From NCBI GenBank assembly GCA_048882385.1, contig JBHLRQ010000002.1:1-64000 (forward strand): a stretch of DNA of 64,000 nucleotides, given 5' to 3'. The notes below the pieces were generated by a model that did not search any database, had not been told where the DNA came from, and worked only from the letters and a program-made list of their open reading frames with translations. Of the stretch, positions 32,001 to 38,746 are shown piece after piece. Every line of letters starts with the position of its first letter. The stretch's first letter is position 1. The position numbers and the translations under genes are program-made. The stretch comes from Candidatus Thorarchaeota archaeon. Its GTDB lineage: Archaea > Asgardarchaeota > Thorarchaeia > Thorarchaeales > Thorarchaeaceae.

Positions 32001-32219
32001 GTTGAAAATCTCCAGACGTTGTCCTGTGAATGTGCGTTCGAAAAACATTGTTGCGGTCTGTTCGCTACCGCCTCCTGAGATAGAAGCTGAACTACTCCTA
32101 TTATCTGGTAGGATTGGTTTCTCATCCGATAGGATTAGTGTTCCCTCTGGATGTCCTGTTTCCTGAATTGAAGACAGGAGCAAGACTGCAATGACCAACA
32201 AGATTACAGATCTCTTCAT
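23049..32219 (-). CDS. Giant (3056 aa) surface glycoprotein-like protein with >20 tandem Ig-like repeats, TM helix and C-terminal winged HTH
   Basis: Signal peptide; repeat EPT...W.NGN.ITY.E.T.L.V.Y.M.DG.PI.GA.VNVTI...W...Y...F.G.D.PPG.G.H.L.I.A.K.GY; TM+RRRRGR; GLTRAQIAQSLEITTSKA...VRDGKLRRI. Confidence 0.85.
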   Translation of the reverse strand: MKRSVILLVIAVLLLSSIQETGHPEGTLILSDEKPILPDNRSSSASISGGGSEQTATMFFERTFTGQRLEIFNSYGDTVTHNTMLDLSNYQVAGWKLFRIEIDTVSIKGAVEKEVVGVTPQNYNFKIFEEGVLFYSQLAQGFYNQPHDGALVNYSIYYLTDDYDPLIRGNASLVVRSGSSSDLDSATDITTPVNMTASDSVLSWTTSPGGNASMSADTVYWAVIDGSTLSKAGDPFPTYPIIYWSAENSAGTFGSYQRGPGGWASLSLEALLNYSYIPWNQTSDAPLVFSSPQKVDLRGNTTAITTSSFTFSSANKNITSISFDTNQSVYFDYNMTLFYERQSSTTTSWEITPSSGLVHWSVGTSVSYPSVSGQISKYLNMSKANSWIITGLYESSAPMTNHTSYVVVGTTVICASMTDGLWRLEASSFNHLIAVHTYDSSNDNELSSLSSILADVDVNMSILEQDSDPVNTGLANLTITKSGSVIWSPSNQSVSNGHTNYLWNIDTTTSDNGAFTIEVSWANGTDAGYLVKELVVYYPTSLTATDSEIDGFTESTLEVRVYFEDTFTPQGLYGAAIEAVYSFDSGTNTSMTDHNNGTWTATIPTTGKNPGTYLVDIYTEGFALQNQSIQVSVDLIHDTEPLTVEWTNGNNITYIETTELVVYYNRVTGSTPIPGATVNVTINAKNWTLTWDDVSAYRITFNGTDVPPGFGLHDLTIEAWKAGHKAQSDTMQTLHIREEPTTMTYEWINGNDITYLESTTLIVNYTMSDGSPVVGAIVNVTIGTDLYNLTLNGATYEYVFNGDAELPGFGGHILTIMADKHGHATKDETGVSLTISLEPTSMTYTWSNGNVITYVESTTLIVNYTLSNGSPVVDALVNVTIGTLDPFILVFNGSVYEYVFEGNAPPGIDTHSLTILVGKHGHIDQNEFLVPFTINEEPTALVVSWLSGNDISYVEETYLIANYTMSDGSPILGAVVNVTIGVYPPWNLEWDSPTQTYRVRFSGADSPPGFGIHTLTIQADLFGFVEKNNISQMIFREETTDLVLIWSNGNDITFIEQTILSANFTMANGTAVRNAMVNVSLGGASPLEMIWHEGSQTYRITLNGSDDPPGFGNHSVVVLADLFGYNDRSKASYLNITVEPTSIDISWSNGTTITYVQQTTLSIMYRMNDTTPIAIDANVTALIGSTLFTLDWNVGNLAYEITFNGTDNPPDIGTYNVIIGASKFGFQTQTNDTYWFTIEIENTSLELSWWVSDTISYVGNTVLYANFSMSDGSPVLGARINATIASREWIFDWNEFSMMYMLILSGNHPDIGVGTFPVTVNATLNGFEQQDNTDETLTVNLESTDLVISWSNGNDLTYFAHTFLFVDYRMSNTTTITNATLSVTIGTNSWDMVWNETALLYQVRFNGSDWPPGVGTHNLTIQASKYGYVSQTGDTKKLTLPVIPTLVEITWSNTDTITYIEETTLRVRYSMFNGTIIDSATVYISIDGTIFPLSLIGEYYEHTFYGTDNPPGFGIHTTEIYALKDDFETHFIEDEILTIDKEPTSIVINWSNGYNISYVQETLLSVRYQDSNFDSIPDAIVNVTINGRFWELIWNPNNETYEAYISGDEDPPGYGTHTVEIRASKFGYINITNTDEQLEIHIEETHFVFEWDPSDTITYIGSTKIRIFYLMSNGTPISGALVNITHVITRLAIWNDTSKAYEYTWLGTDEPPGIGTHQLLIKAWKANHVGLTNLSQFLTINDEPTSITASWSNGHSITFVESTTLLVNYTSSDGNEIPDAEVDVTIAGSGPWFLDWNSTSSLYEITFKNDSIGWPGLGSFGLSIRGVKPGYEMTVNIDYNLTIISENVNLESKLLGGSTITYVGFTVLQVNYTTSDGVSIAGATVNVTVNGELWDLKWHPSSETYRIQFNGSDSSLGFDTFNLVVNASAYGFDPWPDWTLYLTIVPEPTTVVTSWGAPNYDNVTFFDYTVLYVDFRMSNKSSIQDASVNVTIGVKTWVLDWNSTAGMYSIRFNGSDSPPGFGTHSILIEATLYGYVDATNSSSLTLARDPTTIDVSWTNGNDITYVEYTVLSVVYRMSNGSDILGAIVNATIGVYPPWTLAWNDTAGAYQVRFDGDQIPPGLGTFTVDIQASAPVYVAQLPSTSLILRTDSPTVTPSWTSYTIDWTESVILSFDFLDSQGSPIENATTKLVYVNSTEYILHGTAGAYWIEFNNTFDLGLHNVWANFSKFGYDPVISLSISFTIEKALTNLTIVWSSTVVDYLQDIDLTVDYYYNGTGVTVPSVGTVVNITIDGTNTYSLTFDGSLWITTLTRNNLSLGGHVADIRAQVYGYEYSESLGIILTVNPVSTDPLAVTWEPSNVTIEYTDLLNLTVDYTFYEGDVPETAIVNVSIDGRFYNLTYSADIWSVSIPGQELGIGERIATINAWLYGYQYQTNLTIGINVTLAANSFIATWEPLSLEASFIDTVNLSVVYTEDYQPIVGATVEVSINGTPYTLTYSAFDKKWHFSMKASDIGIGVWNVTVTANKTGYADGWDSRLLTISLAPTNLTIIISNATIYYDESMTLNIYYQLLNTTSVTGGTCTVTIDSIDQSVLWVTDHWTFTITGSTAGLGMHSVVVSVDAFGFEPDTNSFDMTVDAIPTSVDFDDVLYQVFPFDSITVSFTWMDNKNLVGISGYEPAVVWPDTFSIVDFGNGTYNIQIDNDALHIGIYQLNATFSRTGYIAGNGGVEIEIIELPIVLSFVDEIEQFENETITVAIQIYDGPHATIVDWGEITIELVGFQYPLFYDSDSQEYSVDIWLGSLAPGSYILNFTASAIDCETETGEIQLDIVPKILYTLVIEVDEEVQAGQTIQIVIQASYESGSITGFEVAVHIIIERGQASPHEIIEVARDLLEFNVPSDATKLTVWAEFEGSIGEWPAVSNTEIREVSPGGMDMLSFIISLFEDPLTLTIIVGGGGSIAGLIVLRRRRGRGTESVSIAEPVVAPSSMTPPPKGEMDLLQDQIRGNIEGLTRAQIAQSLEITTSKAGAMVKKLLESNPAFEEVRDGKLRRIRFRGGD
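23700..30600 (-). repeat. Tandem ~300-bp (~100-aa) coding repeats, roughly 23 units
   Basis: Recurrent WSNGN.ITY and PPG.G.H motifs; adjacent units near 29500-30000 are still similar at DNA level. Confidence 0.8.
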
Positions 32220-32345
32220 GCAAACACCTTTGGAAACGGCGGGACTCCTAAACAGCTACTCATAGCTATCCTAAACTTATTTCCTATTGTTTGAAAAAGA
32301 GAGCTACTATGTATACGTCCCGAAAAACAGTCGAGCCTTTCCCTA

Positions 32346-32858
32346 TTATGTATAATATGAAGGTCCGGCTTCTGTCGTAGTGTCCTCTTTTGTGCCTAGC
32401 TGGCCTGTGACCTCATTAAGTAGTGCGATCATCATATCGATAGATCCGTGAAGCTTTCGCATTGTCTTCCAAAGATGGTCTTCTGTAAATGCATCGTCAT
32501 AGATTCTGTCTGAAACAACAAATCCTGGACCAGGAGGCTGCGGTCCTGGCTGACCCGGACGTGGTTGTACAAATCCCATGTTGAATCCTTCTTGAAAACT
32601 GAATTTCATCGCTTTCATCTGAAACTCGCGCATCTTCTCAACGGTCAAAAGCTTCTGATGTTGAGGTGAGATCATGATTTGTGACTCAATCTGAAGGTAT
32701 CTTTGTTCATTTGGGCGAACGACTGTGAAGAAGAACCGCATGAACTTAACCTTGAACAAAAACTCTGCCTTTGGATTTGAAATGGTTTCAACCTTTGTAC
32801 CTTCACGTGAAAACCAATCTCTTACAGATTCCTTGATGAGCTCTGTTTGATTCGACAC
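32346..32858 (-). CDS. DUF2299-like archaeal protein
   Basis: VRDWFSREG..V...AEF.F, ISPQHQKLL, RIYDDAFTEDHL; GTG start after GGAGGAG. Confidence 0.6.
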   Translation of the reverse strand: MSNQTELIKESVRDWFSREGTKVETISNPKAEFLFKVKFMRFFFTVVRPNEQRYLQIESQIMISPQHQKLLTVEKMREFQMKAMKFSFQEGFNMGFVQPRPGQPGPQPPGPGFVVSDRIYDDAFTEDHLWKTMRKLHGSIDMMIALLNEVTGQLGTKEDTTTEAGPSYYT

Positions 32859-32921
32859 CGAGTTCTCCTCCAACTTACTTAGGCAAATTCTACCGCTCAC
32901 TTAACGCTTGTGTTCACCTAG

Positions 32922-33725
32922 TTACTCACGGAACCAACGGATGCTATCATACCCTGAAGGCGAAATATCGGAGTAGCATGTTATCTGAGACCTCACACTT
33001 TTGATCATGTCTGTGTTTCCCTCTGTGGTGATGATTCGTTTCTCTGAGTTGCGAGTTGTCAATAGTACTCCCCAGGGATCCACCACCTGGCTATGACCAA
33101 AGTATGTTTTTCCGTCAAAACCAAATCCGACCCTATTTGCTGCTGCGACATACAACTGATTCTCTATTGCTCGAGCCCGAACAAGTGTGTTCCAATGCTC
33201 ACTTCTGGGATCAGGGAATGCAGCAGGGATAAACACAATTTCAGCGCCTTCAAGAGCAAGCTTGCGTGTGATCTCAGGAAATCTGATATCATAACATATC
33301 TCGACTCCGACATTAATCCCAGCACATTCGAAGATTGCCATCGTAGTGCCTCCAGCAAAGACTTCACGTTCCTCCTGAAATGGATGAATTTTGCTATATG
33401 TTCCATGGATATCTCCATCAGGCTTTGCCATGACAAGGGTATTGAGAAACTTGTCCCCAAATTTCTCTATTCCTGTACCTATGGTATAGGCTCCATGCTC
33501 TTTTGCTACAGAACAAATGAACTCGGTGGTTAGACCTGGTATGCCTGGTCCCAGTTTCTTGTAATCCTCATGCCTGAAGCCAATCGCAAACAGCTCAGGA
33601 AGAAGAATGAATTGAATACCTCTTCTTGGTTTGCGTTTGCTAAGCAAGAAGTGAGCATGGTCGAAGTTGTTCTTTCGATTACCTTCTTCACATGGCATCT
33701 GAACAAGAGTTAATGTAAACTCCAA
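32922..33725 (-). CDS. Carbon-nitrogen hydrolase (nitrilase superfamily, omega-amidase/Nit-like)
   Basis: LPELF, YSKIH, ICYDIRFPE (E-K-C triad), RARAIENQ, GHSQVVDPWG. Confidence 0.92.
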   Translation of the reverse strand: MEFTLTLVQMPCEEGNRKNNFDHAHFLLSKRKPRRGIQFILLPELFAIGFRHEDYKKLGPGIPGLTTEFICSVAKEHGAYTIGTGIEKFGDKFLNTLVMAKPDGDIHGTYSKIHPFQEEREVFAGGTTMAIFECAGINVGVEICYDIRFPEITRKLALEGAEIVFIPAAFPDPRSEHWNTLVRARAIENQLYVAAANRVGFGFDGKTYFGHSQVVDPWGVLLTTRNSEKRIITTEGNTDMIKSVRSQITCYSDISPSGYDSIRWFRE

Positions 33726-33913
33726 AGCGAATCATCCTCGTAAGCAAGATGGTGGTAGATTATTCGTCTGATAAGGCAACCGAATTCTGTATTTCCCCAA
33801 TCATTACTATCATAACGCTTAATTGTCTGTATTAGTGCGGGCTTGCGTAGGCTCTAGTGGACGTGTGTCTATTGGTAAACGAAGTAAATACCGAGCCAAA
33901 GAGCAGGAAGGAA

Positions 33914-34192
33914 ATGCCAAAGACATCATACTCCAAACCAGTTGTTGGTGCTACTGGTAAAACTGGGAGTTGGCGTACTTTTGATCCCGTAATCAACTAT
34001 GACGAGTGTAACAGGTGTCGAACATGTTGGCTACACTGCCCAGAGGCTGTAATCAGTTTAGACGAGGATGGGACTCCTCACACAGATTATGATTATTGTA
34101 AGGGTTGCGGGATATGTGCGCAAGTCTGTCCTAAACAGTGCATTGAGATGTTACGCACAGATGAGCGAAAGAGGAGGACTGGCGAGATATGA
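33914..34192 (+). CDS. porD: Pyruvate/2-oxoacid:ferredoxin oxidoreductase delta subunit
   Basis: KTGSWR...PV, CNRCRTCWLHCP, DYDYCKGCGICAQVCP. Confidence 0.9.
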   Translation: MPKTSYSKPVVGATGKTGSWRTFDPVINYDECNRCRTCWLHCPEAVISLDEDGTPHTDYDYCKGCGICAQVCPKQCIEMLRTDERKRRTGEI

Positions 34193-35370
34193 AAACCGAA
34201 CTCATGAGTGCTAACTATGCAGCAGCAAGATCCGTGGTTTCAGCCCGTGTTGAGGTTGTTGCCGCATATCCAATCACACCAGCGACAACAGTTCCTGAAC
34301 AGGTTGCCCTACTGAATGAAAAAGGGATTTTCAAAGGCGAGTTCATCAGAGTAGAGTCTGAACACTCTGCAATTTTCGCTTGCATTGGTGCAAGTTCAAC
34401 TGGAGCCCGTGCTTTTACAGCTACATCATCTAACGGACTTCTCCTGATGGATGAAGGTCTCCACTGGGCCGCTGCCGCAAGATTACCTATAGTTGTCAAC
34501 AATGTCAATCGTTCAGTTTCCCCAAGCTGGAACATTCATGTAACACATGATGACGCATACTCCAAACGCGATACTGGATGGATTCAGTTCTATGTTTCAA
34601 GTGTTGACGAGCTATATCATACACTCATACAATCATTCAAACTGGCTGAGGACGAGCGTGTTCTAATGCCCGTGTTAGTGAATGCAGACGGATTTGTACT
34701 AAGTCACACTCTGTCATCATTCGACTATCTAGAACCAGAAGAGGTTGACAAGTTCCTCCCACCCTATACACCGCCTCATTGGGTGATGGATCCTGAGAAT
34801 CCAGTGTCTCATGGCAACATAGTCTTTCCTGAGCACTATCAAGAATTTCGCTATATGATGCATGAAGGCACCCAGAATGCGCTCAGAGTCTATGAAGAGG
34901 TCGAGAAAGATTACAAGAAATTGTTTGGGAAGTACTTTGGTGGACCAATTGACTGCTATAGATGTGATGATGCAGAGGTTGTATTCACATCGCAAGGTTC
35001 AGTCGGGGCAGAGGCAAAGGATGCAATTGATGAGCTACGCGATGAAGGTTACAAAGCTGGTAATGCACGAATGAGGATGATTCGACCATTCCCTGTTGAA
35101 AAGATACGCGAGTTGGGAAGTCGAGTGAAAGGGTTTGCAAGCTTCGACAGAGGAGTTTCATATGGATTTGGTGGTCCTGTCGCAAACGATATTCGATCCT
35201 CAATGTATCACACAAAGTACCGTCCAATCATCAAGAGCTACATTGGCGGGTTAGGCGGACGTGATATGACTGTGCCTGATATCAAGACTGTAATATTGGA
35301 CACATTCAATGCTGTTGAGAGCGGTGAGCTAGGTCCAGAAGAAACCTGGCACAATCTAATGGAGGAGTGA
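34189..35370 (+). CDS. porA: Pyruvate/2-oxoacid:ferredoxin oxidoreductase alpha subunit
   Basis: AAYPITP, VESEHSA, TATSS.GL, DGFVLSH, GLGGRD. Confidence 0.92.
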   Translation: MKTELMSANYAAARSVVSARVEVVAAYPITPATTVPEQVALLNEKGIFKGEFIRVESEHSAIFACIGASSTGARAFTATSSNGLLLMDEGLHWAAAARLPIVVNNVNRSVSPSWNIHVTHDDAYSKRDTGWIQFYVSSVDELYHTLIQSFKLAEDERVLMPVLVNADGFVLSHTLSSFDYLEPEEVDKFLPPYTPPHWVMDPENPVSHGNIVFPEHYQEFRYMMHEGTQNALRVYEEVEKDYKKLFGKYFGGPIDCYRCDDAEVVFTSQGSVGAEAKDAIDELRDEGYKAGNARMRMIRPFPVEKIRELGSRVKGFASFDRGVSYGFGGPVANDIRSSMYHTKYRPIIKSYIGGLGGRDMTVPDIKTVILDTFNAVESGELGPEETWHNLMEE

Positions 35371-36278
35371 TTATGGTAGCAACTAAAGATATGCCACTCA
35401 AGGAATATGTGCTGAAGGGAAATGCGGCCTGTGCAGGTTGCCAAGACATGGTGGCTCTTCGGCATGCTCACAAGGCTTTGGAAGGTGACGTGATTCAGGT
35501 CGTCCCAGCTTGTTGTACAAGTGTTGTTCAATCCCTCTGGCCAAAGAGTGGTCTTGGGATTCCAGTCCTGAATACTGCATTCATGGCATCTGGTGCTACA
35601 GCCTCTGGTGTCAAAGCTGCTCTTAAGGCTAAAGGAAACGACCATACATTGGTTATGGTATGGGCTGGAGATGGCGGAACATTTGATATTGGAATACAAG
35701 CTCTAAGTGGTGCATTTGAGAGGAGGACAGATTTCCTCTACATTTGCTATAACAATCAGGTGTACAGTAATACTGGAACGCAACGATCTGGTGCAACACC
35801 ACTCCACGCTAAAACAACGACAACATGGTTTGGTAAGACTGAGCCAGAGAAGATGCTTGATCTTATTGTAGCAGCACATGAACCAGTGTACCAGTTTACA
35901 GCGAACACATCCTACCCCCGTGATCTCTACGAGAAGTTCCAGAAAGCGCGAGAGTTTGAAGGACCAAAGTTCGGTCATATCTTTCTCCCTTGTCCGCAAG
36001 CCTGGAATTATCCCGTCGAACAGGGTGTTGAGATAGGGAAGCTTGCTGTTGAAACAGGATACTGGATACAGTGGGAGCGAATTGGTGAGGAGTTCATTCT
36101 TGGACGCCACAGTAAAAGATTCCAGGACCCAGAAAAGAGAAAACCAATCGACGAGTTTCTAAAACTTCAGGGTCGATTTTCACATCTGTTTAAACCAAAA
36201 AGGGATGACAAGAAAATTCAGGAATTACAGGACTTCGTTCAGCATCGATGGGATGTTGTCATCAAGACATTTACTTGA
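35367..36278 (+). CDS. porB: Pyruvate/2-oxoacid:ferredoxin oxidoreductase beta subunit
   Basis: ACAGC, GDGG.FDIG.QALSG, NTG.QRS..TP, PCP. Confidence 0.92.
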   Translation: MIMVATKDMPLKEYVLKGNAACAGCQDMVALRHAHKALEGDVIQVVPACCTSVVQSLWPKSGLGIPVLNTAFMASGATASGVKAALKAKGNDHTLVMVWAGDGGTFDIGIQALSGAFERRTDFLYICYNNQVYSNTGTQRSGATPLHAKTTTTWFGKTEPEKMLDLIVAAHEPVYQFTANTSYPRDLYEKFQKAREFEGPKFGHIFLPCPQAWNYPVEQGVEIGKLAVETGYWIQWERIGEEFILGRHSKRFQDPEKRKPIDEFLKLQGRFSHLFKPKRDDKKIQELQDFVQHRWDVVIKTFT

Positions 36279-37806
36279 AACCATTTTGCGACTGAAGTAT
36301 TAGATATGTTACTCCACCAGCATAAGAAGAAACAATTCTTTGAATGCGATGTTCATCTCCTAGTTTACTGATATCTCCTGAAGTGATGTCTGAACGAGTC
36401 GATTCCTCAGCAATGAATCTAGAAACCCATGGAAGATCCATGAGAGCTTCTCCAATCTTTAAAAGCTGAATCAATCTATACGAGGTTTCAAAACAGAGTG
36501 CTTGTGTAAATCTCTCAGCTTCTTCACCAAGTGTATCTAAATGGCTTTCAACAACCTCAACGATCGCATCAAACGCCTCATCAACTTGGTCGATTATTGT
36601 TTCTTGCGGGATTCTCTCAATCTTTTCATCTTCAAGACTCTGTTTCAATGATGATAGAACCACTTTAAACCTATGCTCAGGACTGATTCTTGGTTTCTCC
36701 CCAATCCTTGCTCGTTGCTTATAGTCGCTCAACTCTTCAAACAGGTCTTTTCCAATATTGTTAGATTCGAGTAGTCTATTTGCTATCTTACTTTTTTCTC
36801 CATCAAGGAGATTGATAAACAGAGAAAGCTCTTCGTTCTGCCCCTTTCCATGACGAATACGCATAGTTTCTTTGTAATGATCGACAAGCTCTTGTATTAG
36901 ATACGTGAGGAAGTCCAAATCACTCCACTTCCTCCTCTCTCCATTTGCGGCATAGGAAAACAATGTACATGTGGTCATTTTTGTGGCAGACCTAGCAAGA
37001 ACATCAAGAGTTATGAATAACCTACTGCAACTTTTCGGATTTCCAATAAGAGGCCAATCAAAGAGTCGATGTACTCCTCCTCCTGTGATTTGACTCCTAA
37101 GCATAATCTTTGCATGCATTGTAACAATGTATGCAGTGGTTTCTTCTGGAATCTCTTTTTCCTGTAAGGCAAACACTCGATCCAGATCGTATGGAAAACC
37201 AGTTGATTTCATGATTACTAATGCCACCAATGCCCTCAAGCGTTGCTCTCTCATGGAATCTTCTATGACTTGTCCCCTTCCAATAGGATTGGCCTCAAAA
37301 ACAATGTCTGGTATACCTCGTTTTTCCATTTCATTTGATATTTGTCCTTTCAGTTTCTTGCGTGATTCATCAGATGATAATAATTCAGAAATGAACTCGC
37401 TGATCTCCTTAGTTGCAAAAGCTTCTGGCAAGGTAGATGGATTAATGAGTATCTTGGGAAGAGCCATTAACCATAACATAGCAATTGCTTCTTGTTTTGC
37501 TGCACCGATAACCTGTTGCCCTGATTGAAACTCATCTTTGTTTAAACTAAACCCAACCCACTTTGGAGCGTTCATCAAGAACTTAAGAGTATCAGTGTCG
37601 TGAATGGTTTTGGACAAGATATGCTTCTTGATATTTGTGTACATGTCAATAGGATCGGAAGAGGTAACTGAAAAACTTCCTAAACCAAGTTCCTCCCGAA
37701 TCTCCAATGCATCCTTTCTACTCCATTCCTCTATGGTTTTATAGAGCCATGTGTTTCGAAGATTCTCAACAATCTCTTTCGTGATTTGCTTCCATCCTTT
37801 GGTCAC
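36271..37806 (-). CDS. Hypothetical, probably alpha-helical protein
   Basis: 511-aa ORF; 4-bp overlap with upstream gene. Confidence 0.7.
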   Translation of the reverse strand: MTKGWKQITKEIVENLRNTWLYKTIEEWSRKDALEIREELGLGSFSVTSSDPIDMYTNIKKHILSKTIHDTDTLKFLMNAPKWVGFSLNKDEFQSGQQVIGAAKQEAIAMLWLMALPKILINPSTLPEAFATKEISEFISELLSSDESRKKLKGQISNEMEKRGIPDIVFEANPIGRGQVIEDSMREQRLRALVALVIMKSTGFPYDLDRVFALQEKEIPEETTAYIVTMHAKIMLRSQITGGGVHRLFDWPLIGNPKSCSRLFITLDVLARSATKMTTCTLFSYAANGERRKWSDLDFLTYLIQELVDHYKETMRIRHGKGQNEELSLFINLLDGEKSKIANRLLESNNIGKDLFEELSDYKQRARIGEKPRISPEHRFKVVLSSLKQSLEDEKIERIPQETIIDQVDEAFDAIVEVVESHLDTLGEEAERFTQALCFETSYRLIQLLKIGEALMDLPWVSRFIAEESTRSDITSGDISKLGDEHRIQRIVSSYAGGVTYLILQSQNGFK

Positions 37807-38681
37807 AGAGAGTCCCCTCCGAATAGCGTCCGTAATACATCGCTCCGTGACACATTTCCTTCAAACTCGAATCTGATGTAAAGCATCATATCAAGTATTG
37901 CCTTTTCAACATCTGTTTCAACACCTGAATCAACGAGTTTTGAAAACGAAAGTTTACTTAGCTCCTTCTCTAGCTCCGGATTATCTGGACATTTAATTCC
38001 AGTACCAGTGTCAATCTCGATCTCATCCTCCAGTCCTCGATACTTGACATCAACAACCGAACCATATGGATGTTTTAGATTTCGTATGTAGATTCTTTTT
38101 CTAGGACTGAGTCCAAAGAATTCAATATCATCAAGAAGTTTCGTTAGTCTTGTTTGTAGAAAGGAGCTAGAAACATATGCTTTCTTGAGTTCACTGAGGG
38201 GAATCATTTCAGCAAGACTAGAAGCTATCTGCATCTCTCTTTTGTAATTGAAGGTTTCGTGCTTCAGACCAGAGTCGTTAAGGAATGATTCTACCCCAAA
38301 ACTGCCTAGCGAATCAAGTGTTATTTCTATTGGTCTGATATTTCCCCCATCATCAAATGAGATTCCTTTTCCCACATCGAATGTTCTGACATCTTCAGGC
38401 CTGAAACTTGGAAGCATTACACCTGCGATTTCCTTGTGACTTACTTCAATAAGAACACCATCTACTGATGTTTGTTGGGCTGAGCAGTAGAAGAATCCTG
38501 GTAAGAATGCATAGAGATTACCAATTTCATCTGAAGAACCAGACTCTTCTACAATCGGCATTGAATACCCAACGCCTTTGAAGTAACCAAGGTCTGATAC
38601 TCCAATCAGCCACTCATCCTCCGGCAGTACACTCTCTTGTATTTCAACCAGTCTGAGTGCTCGCCTACTTGGAATGTACAA
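37803..38681 (-). CDS. Hypothetical protein
   Basis: 292-aa ORF in a co-oriented operon. Confidence 0.7.
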   Translation of the reverse strand: MYIPSRRALRLVEIQESVLPEDEWLIGVSDLGYFKGVGYSMPIVEESGSSDEIGNLYAFLPGFFYCSAQQTSVDGVLIEVSHKEIAGVMLPSFRPEDVRTFDVGKGISFDDGGNIRPIEITLDSLGSFGVESFLNDSGLKHETFNYKREMQIASSLAEMIPLSELKKAYVSSSFLQTRLTKLLDDIEFFGLSPRKRIYIRNLKHPYGSVVDVKYRGLEDEIEIDTGTGIKCPDNPELEKELSKLSFSKLVDSGVETDVEKAILDMMLYIRFEFEGNVSRSDVLRTLFGGDSL

Positions 38682-38746
38682 TCATTACTCACCGGTCCCA
38701 CGAAATCCGTTGGTCCGCCTAATTTGAATCTTTGGCCGATGACTGT

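Noticed and set aside
32530-32570. Pro/Gln-rich PRPGQPGPQPPGPG stretch
   Set aside because: Short low-complexity loop insertion; too short for a collagen-like domain
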